This document shows positions 37,523 through 48,045 of a DNA stretch of 64,000 nucleotides, in pieces. The position numbers were made by a program, and so were the translations under genes. Source of the stretch: Thermoanaerobaculia bacterium (GTDB lineage: Bacteria; Acidobacteriota; Thermoanaerobaculia; UBA5066); contig CAVRAY010000001.1 in the NCBI GenBank assembly GCA_963719225.1, positions 1,728,001 through 1,792,000 of the forward strand. Direction: 5' to 3'. The notes below the pieces were generated by a model. The model was not told where the DNA came from. It was given only the letters and a program-made list of their open reading frames with translations, and did no database searches. Every line of letters begins with the position of its first letter. Within the stretch, counting starts at the first letter, position 1.

Positions 37523-38851
37523 ACGATCGGCTCCTCGTGGGGCCCGGAGTCTGCGCTCTCGCTGGTGATCCTCGGAGCGGAAACGTCCTCAACCGCGGCG
37601 ATCGCCTGCACTGCACCTCACCGCGAAGGTCGCAGCGGGGCGAGATCCGGGACGTCGTGGACGCCACCGGCTCCGTCAACGCGGTGATCACCGTGCAGGT
37701 CGGCTCGCAGGTCTCCGGGACGATCGCGAAGCTCAACGCCGATTTCAACTCCCGCGTCCAGAAGGGCGACGTCGATCGCCCTGATCGACCCGCAGCTCCT
37801 CGACGGTGCGCTCAAACAGGCGCTCGCCGACCTGGAGAACGCGAGGGCGAACGTCGCTTGCCGCGGAGGCGAACCTGCGTAAAGGCGCGGAGCGACGCTG
37901 GTGCAGACGAAAGCCGACTACGAGCGCGCGCAGTCGATCGTCGAGGAGACGGCGTCGGGACCCAGCAGGCGCTCGACCTCGCGAAGGCGGGCTACGAGTC
38001 CGCGAAGGCCGCGCGTCGATGCCGCCGTCGGCGAACGTGACGCAGGCGAAGGCGCAGGTCGCCAGAAGGAGGCCGCCGTGTCGGTCGCCCGCACGAACCT
38101 CGCACTACACCGTGATCCGCTCGCCGATCGACGGGACCGTCGTGGCGCGGAACGTCGACGTCGGCCAGACCGTTGCGGCCTCGCTCCAGGCGCCGACGAT
38201 TTTCACGATCGCCCAGGACCTCACAAGATGCAGGTCTACGCGAAGGTGGACGAGTCCGACGTCGGCCGCATCCGGATGGGACAGCCCGTGACGTTCAAGG
38301 TCGACGCATTTCCGAAGGAGCTTTTCACGGCGTCGTGAGCCAGGTCCGAATGAACCCGACGACCGTGCAGAACGTCGTGCACGTACGATGCCGTCGTCGA
38401 GTTCCAGAACCCGGATCTCAAGCTCTTCCCGGGCATGACCGCGTACGTGACGATTCCCGTCGCGACGGTCGACGACGTCGTCAAGATCCCAACGCCGCGC
38501 TGCGCTACAAGCCTCCGATGTCCCCGGAGATCGTGCGTGCCCTCTATGCGAAGCACGGGATCGACACCGGGGCGAAGCGGATGCCGCCGTCGCATCGACC
38601 GCCCGAGGCGGCACCGCGCCACCAGCCGCGGCTCCTCGGCGGGGGCCCCGTGGCGAGGATGCCGTCGTCTGGAAGCGACTCGCCGACGACTCGCTCGAGC
38701 CGGTCCGGATCTCCCTCGGTATCACGGATCACACGTACACGCAGGTGGGACGCGTCCTCGATCGGGCAGCTCGAGCCGAACGACGACGTCGTGACGAGCT
38801 CCGTGCCGTCGAAGTCCCTACCGCCCGGCGCGCGAGGGAATTCGGCGTTGA
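37515..38851 (+). pseudogene. MacA-like periplasmic adaptor broken by many frameshifts; end approximate
   Basis: Fragments VQVGSQVSG, IRSPIDGTVVARNVDVGQTVAASLQAPTIF, VDESDVGRI and [10 protein letters not shown] lie in different frames. Confidence 0.75.
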
Positions 38852-39603
38852 CACCCGGAGGTCTCGGAGGACGATCCTCCGCGTCGAGGATGTCCACAAG
38901 TACTACGAGCTCGGCGAGACTCGGGTCCACGCGCTGCGCGGGGTGAGCGTATCGGTCGAGCGCGGGGGATTCGTCGCGATCATGGGGGCGAGCGGCAGCG
39001 GCAAGTCGACGTTCATGAACATCCTGGGCTGCCTCGACCGGCCGAGCTCGGGGCGCTATCTCCCTCGACGGTGTCGACGTCTCCGGCCTCGGGAAGCAGG
39101 AGCTCGCAGCGATCCGGAACCGGAAGCTCGGCTTCGTGTTCCAGGGATTCAACCTCCTGCCGCGCACGACGGCGCTCGAGAACACGCAGCTTCCGACGCT
39201 CTATGCAGGCGTCGACAAGCGCGAGCGCGCCGAAAGGGCCCGGCAGGCGCTCGCGCTCGTCGGGCTCGCCGAGCGCGCCGGCCACTTTCCGTCGCAGCTT
39301 TCCGGAGGCCAGCAGCAGCGTGTGGCGATCGCGCGGGCCCTCGTGAACCACCCGTCCATCCTCCTCGCGGACGAACCGACCGGGAACCTGGACAGTCGCA
39401 CCGCCGTCGAGATCCTGGAGATCTTCCAGGAGCTGAACGAGCGCGGGCTGACGATCGTGCTCGTCACGCACGAGCACGACATCTCGCAGTTCGCGAGGCG
39501 CGTGATCCTGTTCCGCGACGGAAGGATCAGGAAGGACGACCCCGTGAAGGACCCGCCGCGCGCGCGCGACGTCTTGAAGACGCTCCCGACGCTCGAGGAC
39601 TGA
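38848..39603 (+). pseudogene. MacB/LolD-like ABC ATPase with a frameshift (about 39060); start approximate
   Basis: [18 protein letters not shown] in one frame; [25 protein letters not shown] in another. Confidence 0.8.
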
Positions 39604-39625
39604 CGGAGAGCCGTGACGACCGGCG

Positions 39626-39724
39626 TCATTTCGAGTCCAGGAGAACGAGGTCGCCCATCGTCATGGCCTCGTCGCCCTTTCCGGTCGGCACGAAGGCGCC
39701 CCTGAGGAGAAGGGCGCGTTTCAT
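39626..39724 (-). pseudogene. 32-codon ORF, possible remnant of a DUF1259 (LppY/LpqO-like) gene
   Basis: [32 protein letters not shown]; AF...AM.MGDLVL recalled as a DUF1259 motif, unverified. Confidence 0.35.
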
Positions 39725-39726
39725 GG

Positions 39727-42456
39727 TCAGTTCCCCTTCGGTTTTCCCCACGGGTCGACCTCGACGGGAGGCTGGAGCCCGAGGTCCTTGAGCTGTGGCA
39801 GGATCGTCGCCTTGTCCCCGACGAGGACGAGGACGCCGCGGTCGAGCGCGAGCGCGGTTCGTGCGATCGCGTTCACCGCGGGGGCATCGAACGTCGCCTG
39901 GGCGGCGAGGTCCTCGCCGAGCATTTCGAAAGGCGCGCCGAGCTCGACGTACTGGGTGCCGGTCGCGAGGATGCCCGAAAGGCCCGAGAAGGACTGCACG
40001 GCGGAGTTCTTCACCATATCCCGCGCCTTGCCGACCTCTTCCGGGGTGACGTCGCCGCCGGAGAGCTTCGCGAACTCGGCGAGGAACTCCTTGAGGGAAG
40101 GTCCCGTGACCTTCGAGGTGACTTCGGCGCCGGCGCTGAACGTGCCGAGCGCGCGGCCGAGCCCGAACCGGGCGGTCGCCCCGTAGGTGTAGCCGTTCCT
40201 TTCCCTCAGGTTCTGGTTCAGGCGGCTCGTGAACGTGCCGCCGAGGATCGTGCCGAGCAGGCGGAGCTTCGGGCGCGCGGGATCGGCGAACTTCGGCGCG
40301 GGCGCGGCGAAGCGGACGCTCGTCTGCGGCGCCTCGGGACGGTCCACGAGGAAGACGCGCGGCCCGCGAATCGTGAGAGCGGAGGCCGCCGGGAGCGGGA
40401 CAGCGGGCGGACGAGGGCCTTCTGCCTTCCAGTCGCCGAACGCCTTCTCGAGCGCCGCCCGCGTCTCGGAGACGGAGAGGCTCCCCGCGACGACGAGGGT
40501 TGCCAGGTCGGGACGGACGAGCGCCGCACGCTCGGCCTTGACCCGGTCGAGCGTGATCGCCCCGACGGATGCCGGCGTTCCGCCGACCGGCCAGGCGAAG
40601 GGATGCCCGTCGCCGTAGAGCTCGCGGCTCACGACGCGCGCGGCGACCTCCTCGGGTCGATCGTCGGATTGTGCGAGATCGTCGAGCGTGAGCCTCTTCA
40701 CCCGCGCGAAATCCTTCTCCTCGAGGCGCGGCCGGCGCACGGCATCCGCGAGGAGGGCGGCGCCCTTCGCGAAGTTGCGCGAGAGGATCGTCATCCTGGC
40801 CTCCAGCGCTTCGCGGCCCGCCGACGCCGAGAACTGTCCGCCCAGCGCGGCGACCGCCTCGCCGAACCGTAGCGCGTCGAGGTCGCCCGCGCCCTCGTCG
40901 AGCATCTGCGCGGTCATCGAGGCGAGGCCCGCGTCGTGGCCGTCCGCGGCCGTCAGCGCGCCGCCCGTCTGGAAAACGAGCGCCGCCGCGGTGAGCGGCA
41001 GATCGGGCGTGCTCCAGAACTGGACGGGAATCCCGTTCGCGAGCGTGAAGCGTTCCGGCGCCGGCGGGCGGAAGGCGGCGGGCGCCCCGTCTTTCGGACG
41101 CGCGTCGCGGGGCCCCGAAGCGCGCTTCGGCTGCTCGGGGAGCACCCGGAAGAGAACGCGCGCGTTCTGCGTGATCACGCGCCGCGCGGTCTCGAGGACG
41201 GCCGCTCTCGTCGCTATTCGATACCGGTCGAGGTCCCGCTGGAAGCCATTCGGCTCGCCCCAGAAGAACTCGTACTGGTTCATGTAGTCGGCCCGCGTCT
41301 CGAGGCGTTGTAGCGCGGCGAGCTTTCCGGCCTCGATCGAGGCCTTGCGCTCGTCGAGCTCCTTTTCGGTCGGCCCTTCCTTCAGGAACCTCGCGAGCTC
41401 CTCGTCGACGACCTTCTCGACGCGGTCCAGATCGGCGTCGGGGCGCGTCTGCACGTCGATGCGGAAGATGGAGCCGAGGAGCTGGCTGGCGTTGTACGCC
41501 GTGACGGAGCTGGCGAGCGCGTCGTCGACCACGAGGCGCTTGTAGAGGCGGCTGCTCTTGCCGTCGGCGAGGACGGCGGCGACGAGGTCGGTTTCGGCGT
41601 CGCCGGGACCGAAGCCCTTGGGCGCGTGGTAGGCGAACGAGAGCTGGGGAAGCTGGACCTTGTCGAAGGCGACGCCCCGCTTCACGCCGGCCAGCGTCGC
41701 GGACGGCACCTCCCGGCGCTGGGGCTCGGCGCCGCGCGGGAGCGTGCCGAAGAGCTTCTCGACCAGGGGACGGATCTCCTTCGGATCGAAATCGCCCGCG
41801 ACGACGAGGCTCGCGTTGGACGGGAAGTAGTACGTCGCGAAGAAGTCCTTCACGTCGGTCACCTGCGCCGCCTTGAGGTCCTCCTCGGTCCCGATCGCGG
41901 GAAAGTGATACGGGTGCGCCGGCGGGTAGAGCAGGTACTCGATCGCGAGGTCCGCGCGGCCGTAGGGCTGGTTCTCGTACGTCTGCCGCAGCTCGTTGAG
42001 GACCACGTCGCGCTGCAGGTCGATCTTCTTCTGGTCCATCGCGCGCGCGAGGTCCTCGAGGCGGTCCGCGTCGAGCCAGAGGAGAGTGGGAAGCAGAGAA
42101 GCAGGACCGGTCGAATAGTAATTGGTCCGGTCCGAGGTCGTCGAGGCGTTGTTCGATCCGCCCGACGCCTCCATGATCCGGTCGAACTCACCGTTCGGCA
42201 CTCGTTCGGTGCCCATGAACATCAGGTGCTCGAAGAGGTGGGCGAAGCCGCTGCGGCGCGGGGGCTCGTCCTTGCCGCCCACGCGGTACCAGATGTTCAC
42301 CGCCGCGACGGGCAGGCGGTGATCCGGGTAGAGGATCACGGTCATTCCGTTCTTCAGCGTGAGCTTCTCGACGGCGAAGCTCTGAGCGGAAGTACGGACG
42401 GAGGCGAGAAGCACGGCGGCAAGGGCGAGAGAGGCGACGGCGGCACGTCGGGTCAT
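39727..42456 (-). CDS. M16 (pitrilysin/PqqL-like) zinc peptidase, exported
   Basis: Signal peptide; [39 protein letters not shown]; GGAGG RBS. Confidence 0.92.
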   Translation of the reverse strand: MTRRAAVASLALAAVLLASVRTSAQSFAVEKLTLKNGMTVILYPDHRLPVAAVNIWYRVGGKDEPPRRSGFAHLFEHLMFMGTERVPNGEFDRIMEASGGSNNASTTSDRTNYYSTGPASLLPTLLWLDADRLEDLARAMDQKKIDLQRDVVLNELRQTYENQPYGRADLAIEYLLYPPAHPYHFPAIGTEEDLKAAQVTDVKDFFATYYFPSNASLVVAGDFDPKEIRPLVEKLFGTLPRGAEPQRREVPSATLAGVKRGVAFDKVQLPQLSFAYHAPKGFGPGDAETDLVAAVLADGKSSRLYKRLVVDDALASSVTAYNASQLLGSIFRIDVQTRPDADLDRVEKVVDEELARFLKEGPTEKELDERKASIEAGKLAALQRLETRADYMNQYEFFWGEPNGFQRDLDRYRIATRAAVLETARRVITQNARVLFRVLPEQPKRASGPRDARPKDGAPAAFRPPAPERFTLANGIPVQFWSTPDLPLTAAALVFQTGGALTAADGHDAGLASMTAQMLDEGAGDLDALRFGEAVAALGGQFSASAGREALEARMTILSRNFAKGAALLADAVRRPRLEEKDFARVKRLTLDDLAQSDDRPEEVAARVVSRELYGDGHPFAWPVGGTPASVGAITLDRVKAERAALVRPDLATLVVAGSLSVSETRAALEKAFGDWKAEGPRPPAVPLPAASALTIRGPRVFLVDRPEAPQTSVRFAAPAPKFADPARPKLRLLGTILGGTFTSRLNQNLRERNGYTYGATARFGLGRALGTFSAGAEVTSKVTGPSLKEFLAEFAKLSGGDVTPEEVGKARDMVKNSAVQSFSGLSGILATGTQYVELGAPFEMLGEDLAAQATFDAPAVNAIARTALALDRGVLVLVGDKATILPQLKDLGLQPPVEVDPWGKPKGN

Positions 42457-42540
42457 GAAGTTCCTCCGGCAGTCCTGGCACACATCGACGCGATGAAGAT
42501 TACGGCGGGCACGGGAAAAAGTTGCTAGGATTCGCGGCAG

Positions 42541-43155
42541 TTGAAATCCGTCTCTCCCATCGTCCTTCCGCCGCTCCCCTGGGCCGAGAACGCGCTCGAG
42601 CCCTTCATCTCGAAGAACACGATCGGCTTCCATTACGGCAAGCACCACAAGGCGTACGTCGACAACCTCAACGGGATGGTGGCCGGAAAGCCGGAAGCCG
42701 ACATGGACCTCGTCGCGATCGTGAAGAGTGCGGCCGGGAAGTCCGACAAGACGGCGATCTTCAACAACTCCGCCCAGGTCTGGAACCACACGTTCTACTG
42801 GAACAGCCTTCGCCCGAAGAGCGACGCGAAGATGCCGAAGGAGATCTCCGAGAAGATCGACGCGTCCTTCACGGGCGGCTACGAGGCCTTCAAGCAGGAG
42901 TTCTCGGACACGGCGATGGGGCAGTTCGGGAGCGGCTGGGCGTGGCTCGTCTCCGACGGCGGAAAGCTCAAGGTCGTCAAGACGCCGAATGCCGAGAATC
43001 CGCTCACGACTTCGGCCACGCCGCTCCTGACGCTCGACGTCTGGGAGCACGCGTACTACCTCGACTACCAGAACCGCAGGAAGGACTACGTCGCCGCCGT
43101 GGTCGACAACCTCCTGAACTGGGACTTCGCGGCGAAGAACGTGCCGAAGGGTTGA
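42541..43155 (+). CDS. sodB: Fe/Mn superoxide dismutase (Fe-type features)
   Basis: HYGKHHKAY, NNSAQVWNHTFYW, FGSGWAWL, DVWEHAYY. Confidence 0.93.
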   Translation: MKSVSPIVLPPLPWAENALEPFISKNTIGFHYGKHHKAYVDNLNGMVAGKPEADMDLVAIVKSAAGKSDKTAIFNNSAQVWNHTFYWNSLRPKSDAKMPKEISEKIDASFTGGYEAFKQEFSDTAMGQFGSGWAWLVSDGGKLKVVKTPNAENPLTTSATPLLTLDVWEHAYYLDYQNRRKDYVAAVVDNLLNWDFAAKNVPKG

Positions 43156-43171
43156 GGGCTAGGGAGAGACC

Positions 43172-43759
43172 ATGGCGCCGCCCAAGGACGTGACGGACAT
43201 CTTTCGCCTCTACCAGGGCCAGTGGGAAGTCGCCCTCGAACGATGGGAAAAGAAATGCGCGCCCGTGCTGCAGGACAGGGAGAAGTTCCGAGTGACCGAC
43301 GAGGCCGTCTCCGACGAGGAGCCGCGCGATGACTCCAACTTCCCTGAAATGTACCAGCACTACCTCGATGACCTCTCTCCTGAAGCGCGCAAGCGCGCCC
43401 TCGGGCCCCTCGCGGCACGCTGCGAAAAGGTCATCCCGGAACTGAAACGCGTCATCGTGATGCTCCAGGAGGCACAGCGCAGCGGAGTCTGGTCGGGTGC
43501 TCCCCAGCTCCGGAGTTCGGTCTTCGAGGTGCCCCGATTCGTCGCTGGCAAGACCGTGGATCACATTGCCCGCGAGGAGAGGATGACGGTCCTGGAAGTC
43601 AAGGGCGAATGGTGGCGCGTCCGGACGATGCGGGGGAAGGAAGGCTGGGTTCACCGCTCGCGGGTGAAACCCCAGCTTCCGGTCGAACTCTCGTCGAAGC
43701 CGGGGACCGCCGGCGATTCCAAGTTCGAGCTCGACGTCGAACTCGCGCCTCGAGGGTGA
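43172..43759 (+). CDS. Hypothetical protein with C-terminal bacterial SH3-like domain
   Basis: VLEVKGEWWRVRTMRGKEGWVH; GGAG RBS. Confidence 0.6.
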   Translation: MAPPKDVTDIFRLYQGQWEVALERWEKKCAPVLQDREKFRVTDEAVSDEEPRDDSNFPEMYQHYLDDLSPEARKRALGPLAARCEKVIPELKRVIVMLQEAQRSGVWSGAPQLRSSVFEVPRFVAGKTVDHIAREERMTVLEVKGEWWRVRTMRGKEGWVHRSRVKPQLPVELSSKPGTAGDSKFELDVELAPRG

Positions 43760-43795
43760 ACGGCGTTTCGTGGTCGAGGGCTGCCCGGCGCGGGG

Positions 43796-44776
43796 TCAGC
43801 CCGGCGCGGACTCGAGACGCCGCACGTACCAGTCGACGCCGTCCTCGAGGCCCACGGGCTTCTTCGTGAATCCCTGCGCAGTGAGGCGGTCCATTTTAGC
43901 CTCGGTGAAGTACTGGTAACGGGCGCGGATCGTCTCGGGCGTCGGGACGAAGACGATTCGCTCCGGCACGTCGAGAGCCCGGAAGACGGCCTTGGCGAGG
44001 TCCAGAAACGTGCGCGCCTTCCCGGTTCCGACGTTGTAGATCCCGGAGGTCACCGGCTTTCTCAGGGCGAACCACATCGCCTCGACGGCATCGGACACGT
44101 CCACGAAGTCCCGCGACTGGTGGCCGTGGGGAACGTCCGCGCGGTGGGATTCGAAGAGGCGGATCTCGCCCTTCGCCTTCGCCTGGTCGTAGCCGTGGAG
44201 GACCACGCTGGCCTGCGGCCCCTTGTGGCGCTCGCCGAAGCCGTACACGTTGAAGAAGCGGAACCCCGCCCATGCGGGCGGCGTGCGCCCCGCGGCGGCT
44301 TCTTCGAGCGCCCAGAGGTCGAAGCGGCGCTTGGACTCGCCGTAGGGGTTCAGCGGCTTCAGGCGCGGCACGAGCGCGTCCGCGTCGTCGAACCCGAGCG
44401 CGCCGTCGCCGTACACAGCGGCGCTCGAGGCGTAGACGTACGGAATGCCGAGTCGGCGGGCCTCGTTCCAGAGACTTTTCGAGTAATCCACGTTGAACCG
44501 CCGGAGGAGCGCCTCGTCCAGCTCGGTCGTGGACGAGATCGCTCCCATGTGGACGATCCCCCCGAGCGGCTCGCGCGAAGCTTCGAGCCAGGGCGCCAGC
44601 TCTTCGACGTCGAGCTTTTTCCCGAAGTCGAGGCGGGCGTGCTCGGGACGGCTCGTGAACGCATCCTCGTGGTCGACGCTGACAACGCGGACACCGCGCG
44701 CGTTGCACGACTCCACGAAGCGGGCGCCGATGAACCCGGCCGCGCCGGTCACGAGGAGCGTCTCGGGTGAGCTCAC
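43796..44776 (-). CDS. hldD: ADP-L-glycero-D-manno-heptose 6-epimerase
   Basis: VTGAAGFIG, HMGAISSTTE, YASSAAVYG, PLNPYGESK, RFFNVYG, YQYFTEA. Confidence 0.9.
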   Translation of the reverse strand: MSSPETLLVTGAAGFIGARFVESCNARGVRVVSVDHEDAFTSRPEHARLDFGKKLDVEELAPWLEASREPLGGIVHMGAISSTTELDEALLRRFNVDYSKSLWNEARRLGIPYVYASSAAVYGDGALGFDDADALVPRLKPLNPYGESKRRFDLWALEEAAAGRTPPAWAGFRFFNVYGFGERHKGPQASVVLHGYDQAKAKGEIRLFESHRADVPHGHQSRDFVDVSDAVEAMWFALRKPVTSGIYNVGTGKARTFLDLAKAVFRALDVPERIVFVPTPETIRARYQYFTEAKMDRLTAQGFTKKPVGLEDGVDWYVRRLESAPG

Positions 44777-44834
44777 GTGGGGATCCTACGGGATCTCGCT
44801 TGGCAACTTCACCTCTTCTTCCTATGCTCCGGGC

Positions 44835-45803
44835 ATGACGATCAGCGCGTTCTTGAAGCACCATTTCCGCCATTTCAACTCCGCCACCCTCGTGGACGCG
44901 GCCGAGGCATGGAACACGCTGCTCGCGGGCGGCGGCCGGATGTTCCTGACCATGGCCGGCGCGATGTCGACGGCCGAGCTCGGCCTGTCGCTGGCAGAGA
45001 TGATCCGGCAGGGGAAGGTCCACGCGATCACGTGCACGGGAGCGAACCTCGAGGAGGACGTCTTCAATCTCGTGGCGCACGACCACTACGTGCGCATCCC
45101 GCACTATCGGGAGCTGAGCCCCGCCGAGGAGAGCGCGCTCCACGCGCGGCACCTGAACCGCGTCACGGACACGTGCATCCCCGAGGAGGAGGCGATCCGG
45201 CGGATCGAGCTCGCCGTGCTCAACGAGTGGACCGCCGCGGACCGCGAGGGCGAGCGGTATTTTCCCCACGAGTTCCTGTACCGGATCCTCCTTTCCGGGG
45301 AGCTGAAGGAGTACTACCAGATCGATCCGAAGGACTCGTGGCTCCTCGCGGCGGCCGAGCGGAACCTCCCGATCTTCGTCCCCGGCTGGGAGGACTCGAC
45401 GCTCGGCAACATCTTCGCCGCCCACTGCATCGAGAAGGAGATCAAGAACGTCCACACGGTGCGGACCGGCATCGAGTACATGACGGCCCTCGCCGAGTGG
45501 TACACCGCGACGGCGCCGAAGACGCCCGTTGGCTTCTTCCAGATCGGCGGCGGCATCGCGGGCGATTTCCCGATCTGCGTCGTGCCGATGCTCCACCAGG
45601 ACCTCCGGCGCGACGGGGTTCCCCTGTGGGCGTACTTCTGCCAGATCAGCGACTCCACGACGAGCCTCGGGAGCTACAGCGGCGCTGTCCCGAACGAGAA
45701 GATCACGTGGGGCAAGCTCGGCGAGAAGACGCCGAGGTTCATCATCGAGTCCGACGCGACGATCGTGGCGCCCCTCATGTTCGCGTACGTGCTGGGGTGG
45801 TGA
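44835..45803 (+). CDS. Deoxyhypusine synthase-like protein
   Basis: AGAMSTAELG, TGANLEED, IGGGIAGDF, SYSGAVPNEKITWGK. Confidence 0.88.
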   Translation: MTISAFLKHHFRHFNSATLVDAAEAWNTLLAGGGRMFLTMAGAMSTAELGLSLAEMIRQGKVHAITCTGANLEEDVFNLVAHDHYVRIPHYRELSPAEESALHARHLNRVTDTCIPEEEAIRRIELAVLNEWTAADREGERYFPHEFLYRILLSGELKEYYQIDPKDSWLLAAAERNLPIFVPGWEDSTLGNIFAAHCIEKEIKNVHTVRTGIEYMTALAEWYTATAPKTPVGFFQIGGGIAGDFPICVVPMLHQDLRRDGVPLWAYFCQISDSTTSLGSYSGAVPNEKITWGKLGEKTPRFIIESDATIVAPLMFAYVLGW

Positions 45804-45805
45804 GC

Positions 45806-46720
45806 ATGAGACGGGCGGGGATTCTCGCCGCGACCGCGATGGCCTTGGCGTTTGCCTCCTGCCGGAAGAGCGAGCCACCGAAGCCCGCCGCGGGCCTGGA
45901 AAAGCCGTATGCCCTCAAGGGCGTCGTCGTCTCGATCGACCGTGCGGGAGGGAAAGTCACCGTCAGGCACGAGGCGGTGTCGGGTTACATGGACGCCATG
46001 ACGATGCCTTTCGCGGTCTCCGAGCCGAAGCTCCTCGAGGACCTCAGGCCCGGCGACACGATCGAGGCGAAGCTGCTCGTCGGAGAGCGCGACTCGCACC
46101 TGGAAGGCATCGTCGTCTCGCGCCCGCCCGGCACGCCGTCCGTCGAGGTGATTCCCGCGCAGGGGAGCTACGGGAAGCCGGGCGACGCCGCGCCGGTCAC
46201 GATCCTCGTCGATCAGGACGGGAAGGCGTTCTCCCTCGCCGATTTCAGGGGCAAGGCGGTGGCGGTGACGTTCATCTTCACGCGCTGCCCGCTTCCCGAC
46301 TTCTGTCCGCGCATGAACCTGAACTTCTCCGAGGTGGAGCGGCGCCTCGCGTCGGATCCGAAGCTCTACGCGGACACGGAGCTCCTCTCGGTCAGCTTCG
46401 ATCCCGAGCACGACACGCCGGCCGTCCTGAAGGCCTTCCGGGAGCCGTTCCTGAAGGGAGCTCCCGGAGTCACACCGGGCCACTGGCGTTTCGCCACGGG
46501 CACGCTCGGGAACATCAAGGAGTTCGCGGGATTCTTCGGGCTCACGTACCTGAAGACGGGAGATCAGTTCGTTCACAGCCTGGCGACCGCGGTCATTTCC
46601 CCGGACGGGAAGCTCCTTTCGCTCCGCCGCGGCAACGACTGGGAGCCGAAAGATCTCGTGGAGGATCTGAAGCGTGCCGCTGCCGGTGAGAGGCCGCGCG
46701 TGGAGACGGCCGCGCGATGA
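45806..46720 (+). CDS. SCO1/SenC lipoprotein with N-terminal CusF-like domain
   Basis: Lipobox FASC; HEAVSGYMDAMTMPF; FTRCPLPDFCP; FVHSL. Confidence 0.88.
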   Translation: MRRAGILAATAMALAFASCRKSEPPKPAAGLEKPYALKGVVVSIDRAGGKVTVRHEAVSGYMDAMTMPFAVSEPKLLEDLRPGDTIEAKLLVGERDSHLEGIVVSRPPGTPSVEVIPAQGSYGKPGDAAPVTILVDQDGKAFSLADFRGKAVAVTFIFTRCPLPDFCPRMNLNFSEVERRLASDPKLYADTELLSVSFDPEHDTPAVLKAFREPFLKGAPGVTPGHWRFATGTLGNIKEFAGFFGLTYLKTGDQFVHSLATAVISPDGKLLSLRRGNDWEPKDLVEDLKRAAAGERPRVETAAR

Positions 46721-47325
46721 AGGCGCTCCGGCTCACGGCCATCGGCGGCGCCGTCCTTCTCGGCATGCTGGGCCTCCATCAGCTCGTGTACGCCCTCATG
46801 AGCCGCGGACACGTCTCGGACCTGCCGAGGCTCGGGCGCGTGCCCGATTTCGCGTTCCTCTCCGAGCGCGGCCGCCCCGTCGCCGCGCGCGACCTCGAAG
46901 GAAAGGTGTGGATCGCGGATTTCATCTTCACGCGCTGCGGCGGCACGTGTCCGGCGATGTCCGAGCGGATGGCCACGCTCGCGGACACGCTGAAGGACGA
47001 GCCGCGTGCGGCTTTCGTCTCGTTCGACGTGGATCCCGAGCACGACAGCCTCGCCGATCTCGCGACCTATTCGCGCCAGCACCGAGCCGACCCCGGGCGC
47101 TGGACGTTCCTGCGCGGCGAAAGGCCGGCCGTGCGCGCGCTCGCGGGAGAAGGTTTCAAACTCGCGGTCGTGGACGGACATGCCGACGATCCGGAGCCGA
47201 TCCTCCATTCCTCGCACTTCGTCCTCGTCGACGGAAAGAGGGAGATTCGCGGCTACTACGACGGACTCGAACCCGGCGGCGTCGAGAAGCTCGCCGCCGA
47301 CGCCCGGCGGCTCGCGAGGGACTGA
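46717..47325 (+). CDS. SCO1/SenC family protein
   Basis: N-terminal TM; FTRCGGTCP, VDPEHD, ILHSSHFVLVD. Confidence 0.88.
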   Translation: MKALRLTAIGGAVLLGMLGLHQLVYALMSRGHVSDLPRLGRVPDFAFLSERGRPVAARDLEGKVWIADFIFTRCGGTCPAMSERMATLADTLKDEPRAAFVSFDVDPEHDSLADLATYSRQHRADPGRWTFLRGERPAVRALAGEGFKLAVVDGHADDPEPILHSSHFVLVDGKREIRGYYDGLEPGGVEKLAADARRLARD

Positions 47326-47343
47326 GGCCCCTATACTCCGCGC

Positions 47344-48045
47344 GTGTCGATTCTCGAGGCGCGAGGCCTGACGAAAACGTATCGCGTCGGAAGCGAGAAG
47401 GTCGTCGGCGTGGCCGACGCGACGCTCACCCTCGAGGCGGGATCCTTCACGGTCCTCGCCGGCCCCTCCGGCAGCGGGAAGACGACGCTCCTGAACCTCC
47501 TCGGCGTTCTCGACCAGCCGGATTCCGGAACGCTCCTCTTCGAAGGAAAGGACGTCTCGGGTCTCGACGAACGTGCGCGCGCGCGGCTCCGCCGCGAGAG
47601 GCTCGGCTTCGTCTTCCAGACGTACCAGCTCGTCCCGGTGCTCTCGGCGGAAGAGAACGTCGCCCTCGCCCTGTGGATCCGCGGCCTGCCCGAGGACGCG
47701 TGCGCCGCGCGCGCGCGTCAAGCGCTGGCGGCCGTCGGCCTCGCCGGGCTCGAAGACAGGCGGCCCGACGCCCTTTCGGGGGGGCAGCGGCAGCGCGTCG
47801 CGGTGGCGCGCGCTCTCGTGGGCGAGCCGGTGCTCATCCTGGCAGACGAGCCCACGGCGTCGCTCGACTCGGAGACGGCCGCCCGCCTCATCGACCTTTT
47901 CGAGGAGCTTCACCGCGCGCGCGGCGTGGCGTTCCTCTTCTCGAGCCACGACCCGCGCATCGTCGAGCGGGCGGAGCGGCGGATCAAGCTTCAGGACGGG
48001 CGAGTCGTCGCGGACGAGCGCGCGCCCGCGGGAACGCGCGCATGA
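47344..48045 (+). CDS. ABC ATPase (LolD-like)
   Basis: GPSGSGKTT, LSGGQRQR, LADEPT. Confidence 0.9.
   Translation: MSILEARGLTKTYRVGSEKVVGVADATLTLEAGSFTVLAGPSGSGKTTLLNLLGVLDQPDSGTLLFEGKDVSGLDERARARLRRERLGFVFQTYQLVPVLSAEENVALALWIRGLPEDACAARARQALAAVGLAGLEDRRPDALSGGQRQRVAVARALVGEPVLILADEPTASLDSETAARLIDLFEELHRARGVAFLFSSHDPRIVERAERRIKLQDGRVVADERAPAGTRA

Noticed and set aside
36660-39070. Programmed frameshifting in the MacAB-like cassette
   Set aside because: Too many scattered indels and no slippery heptamers; error or decay is more parsimonious
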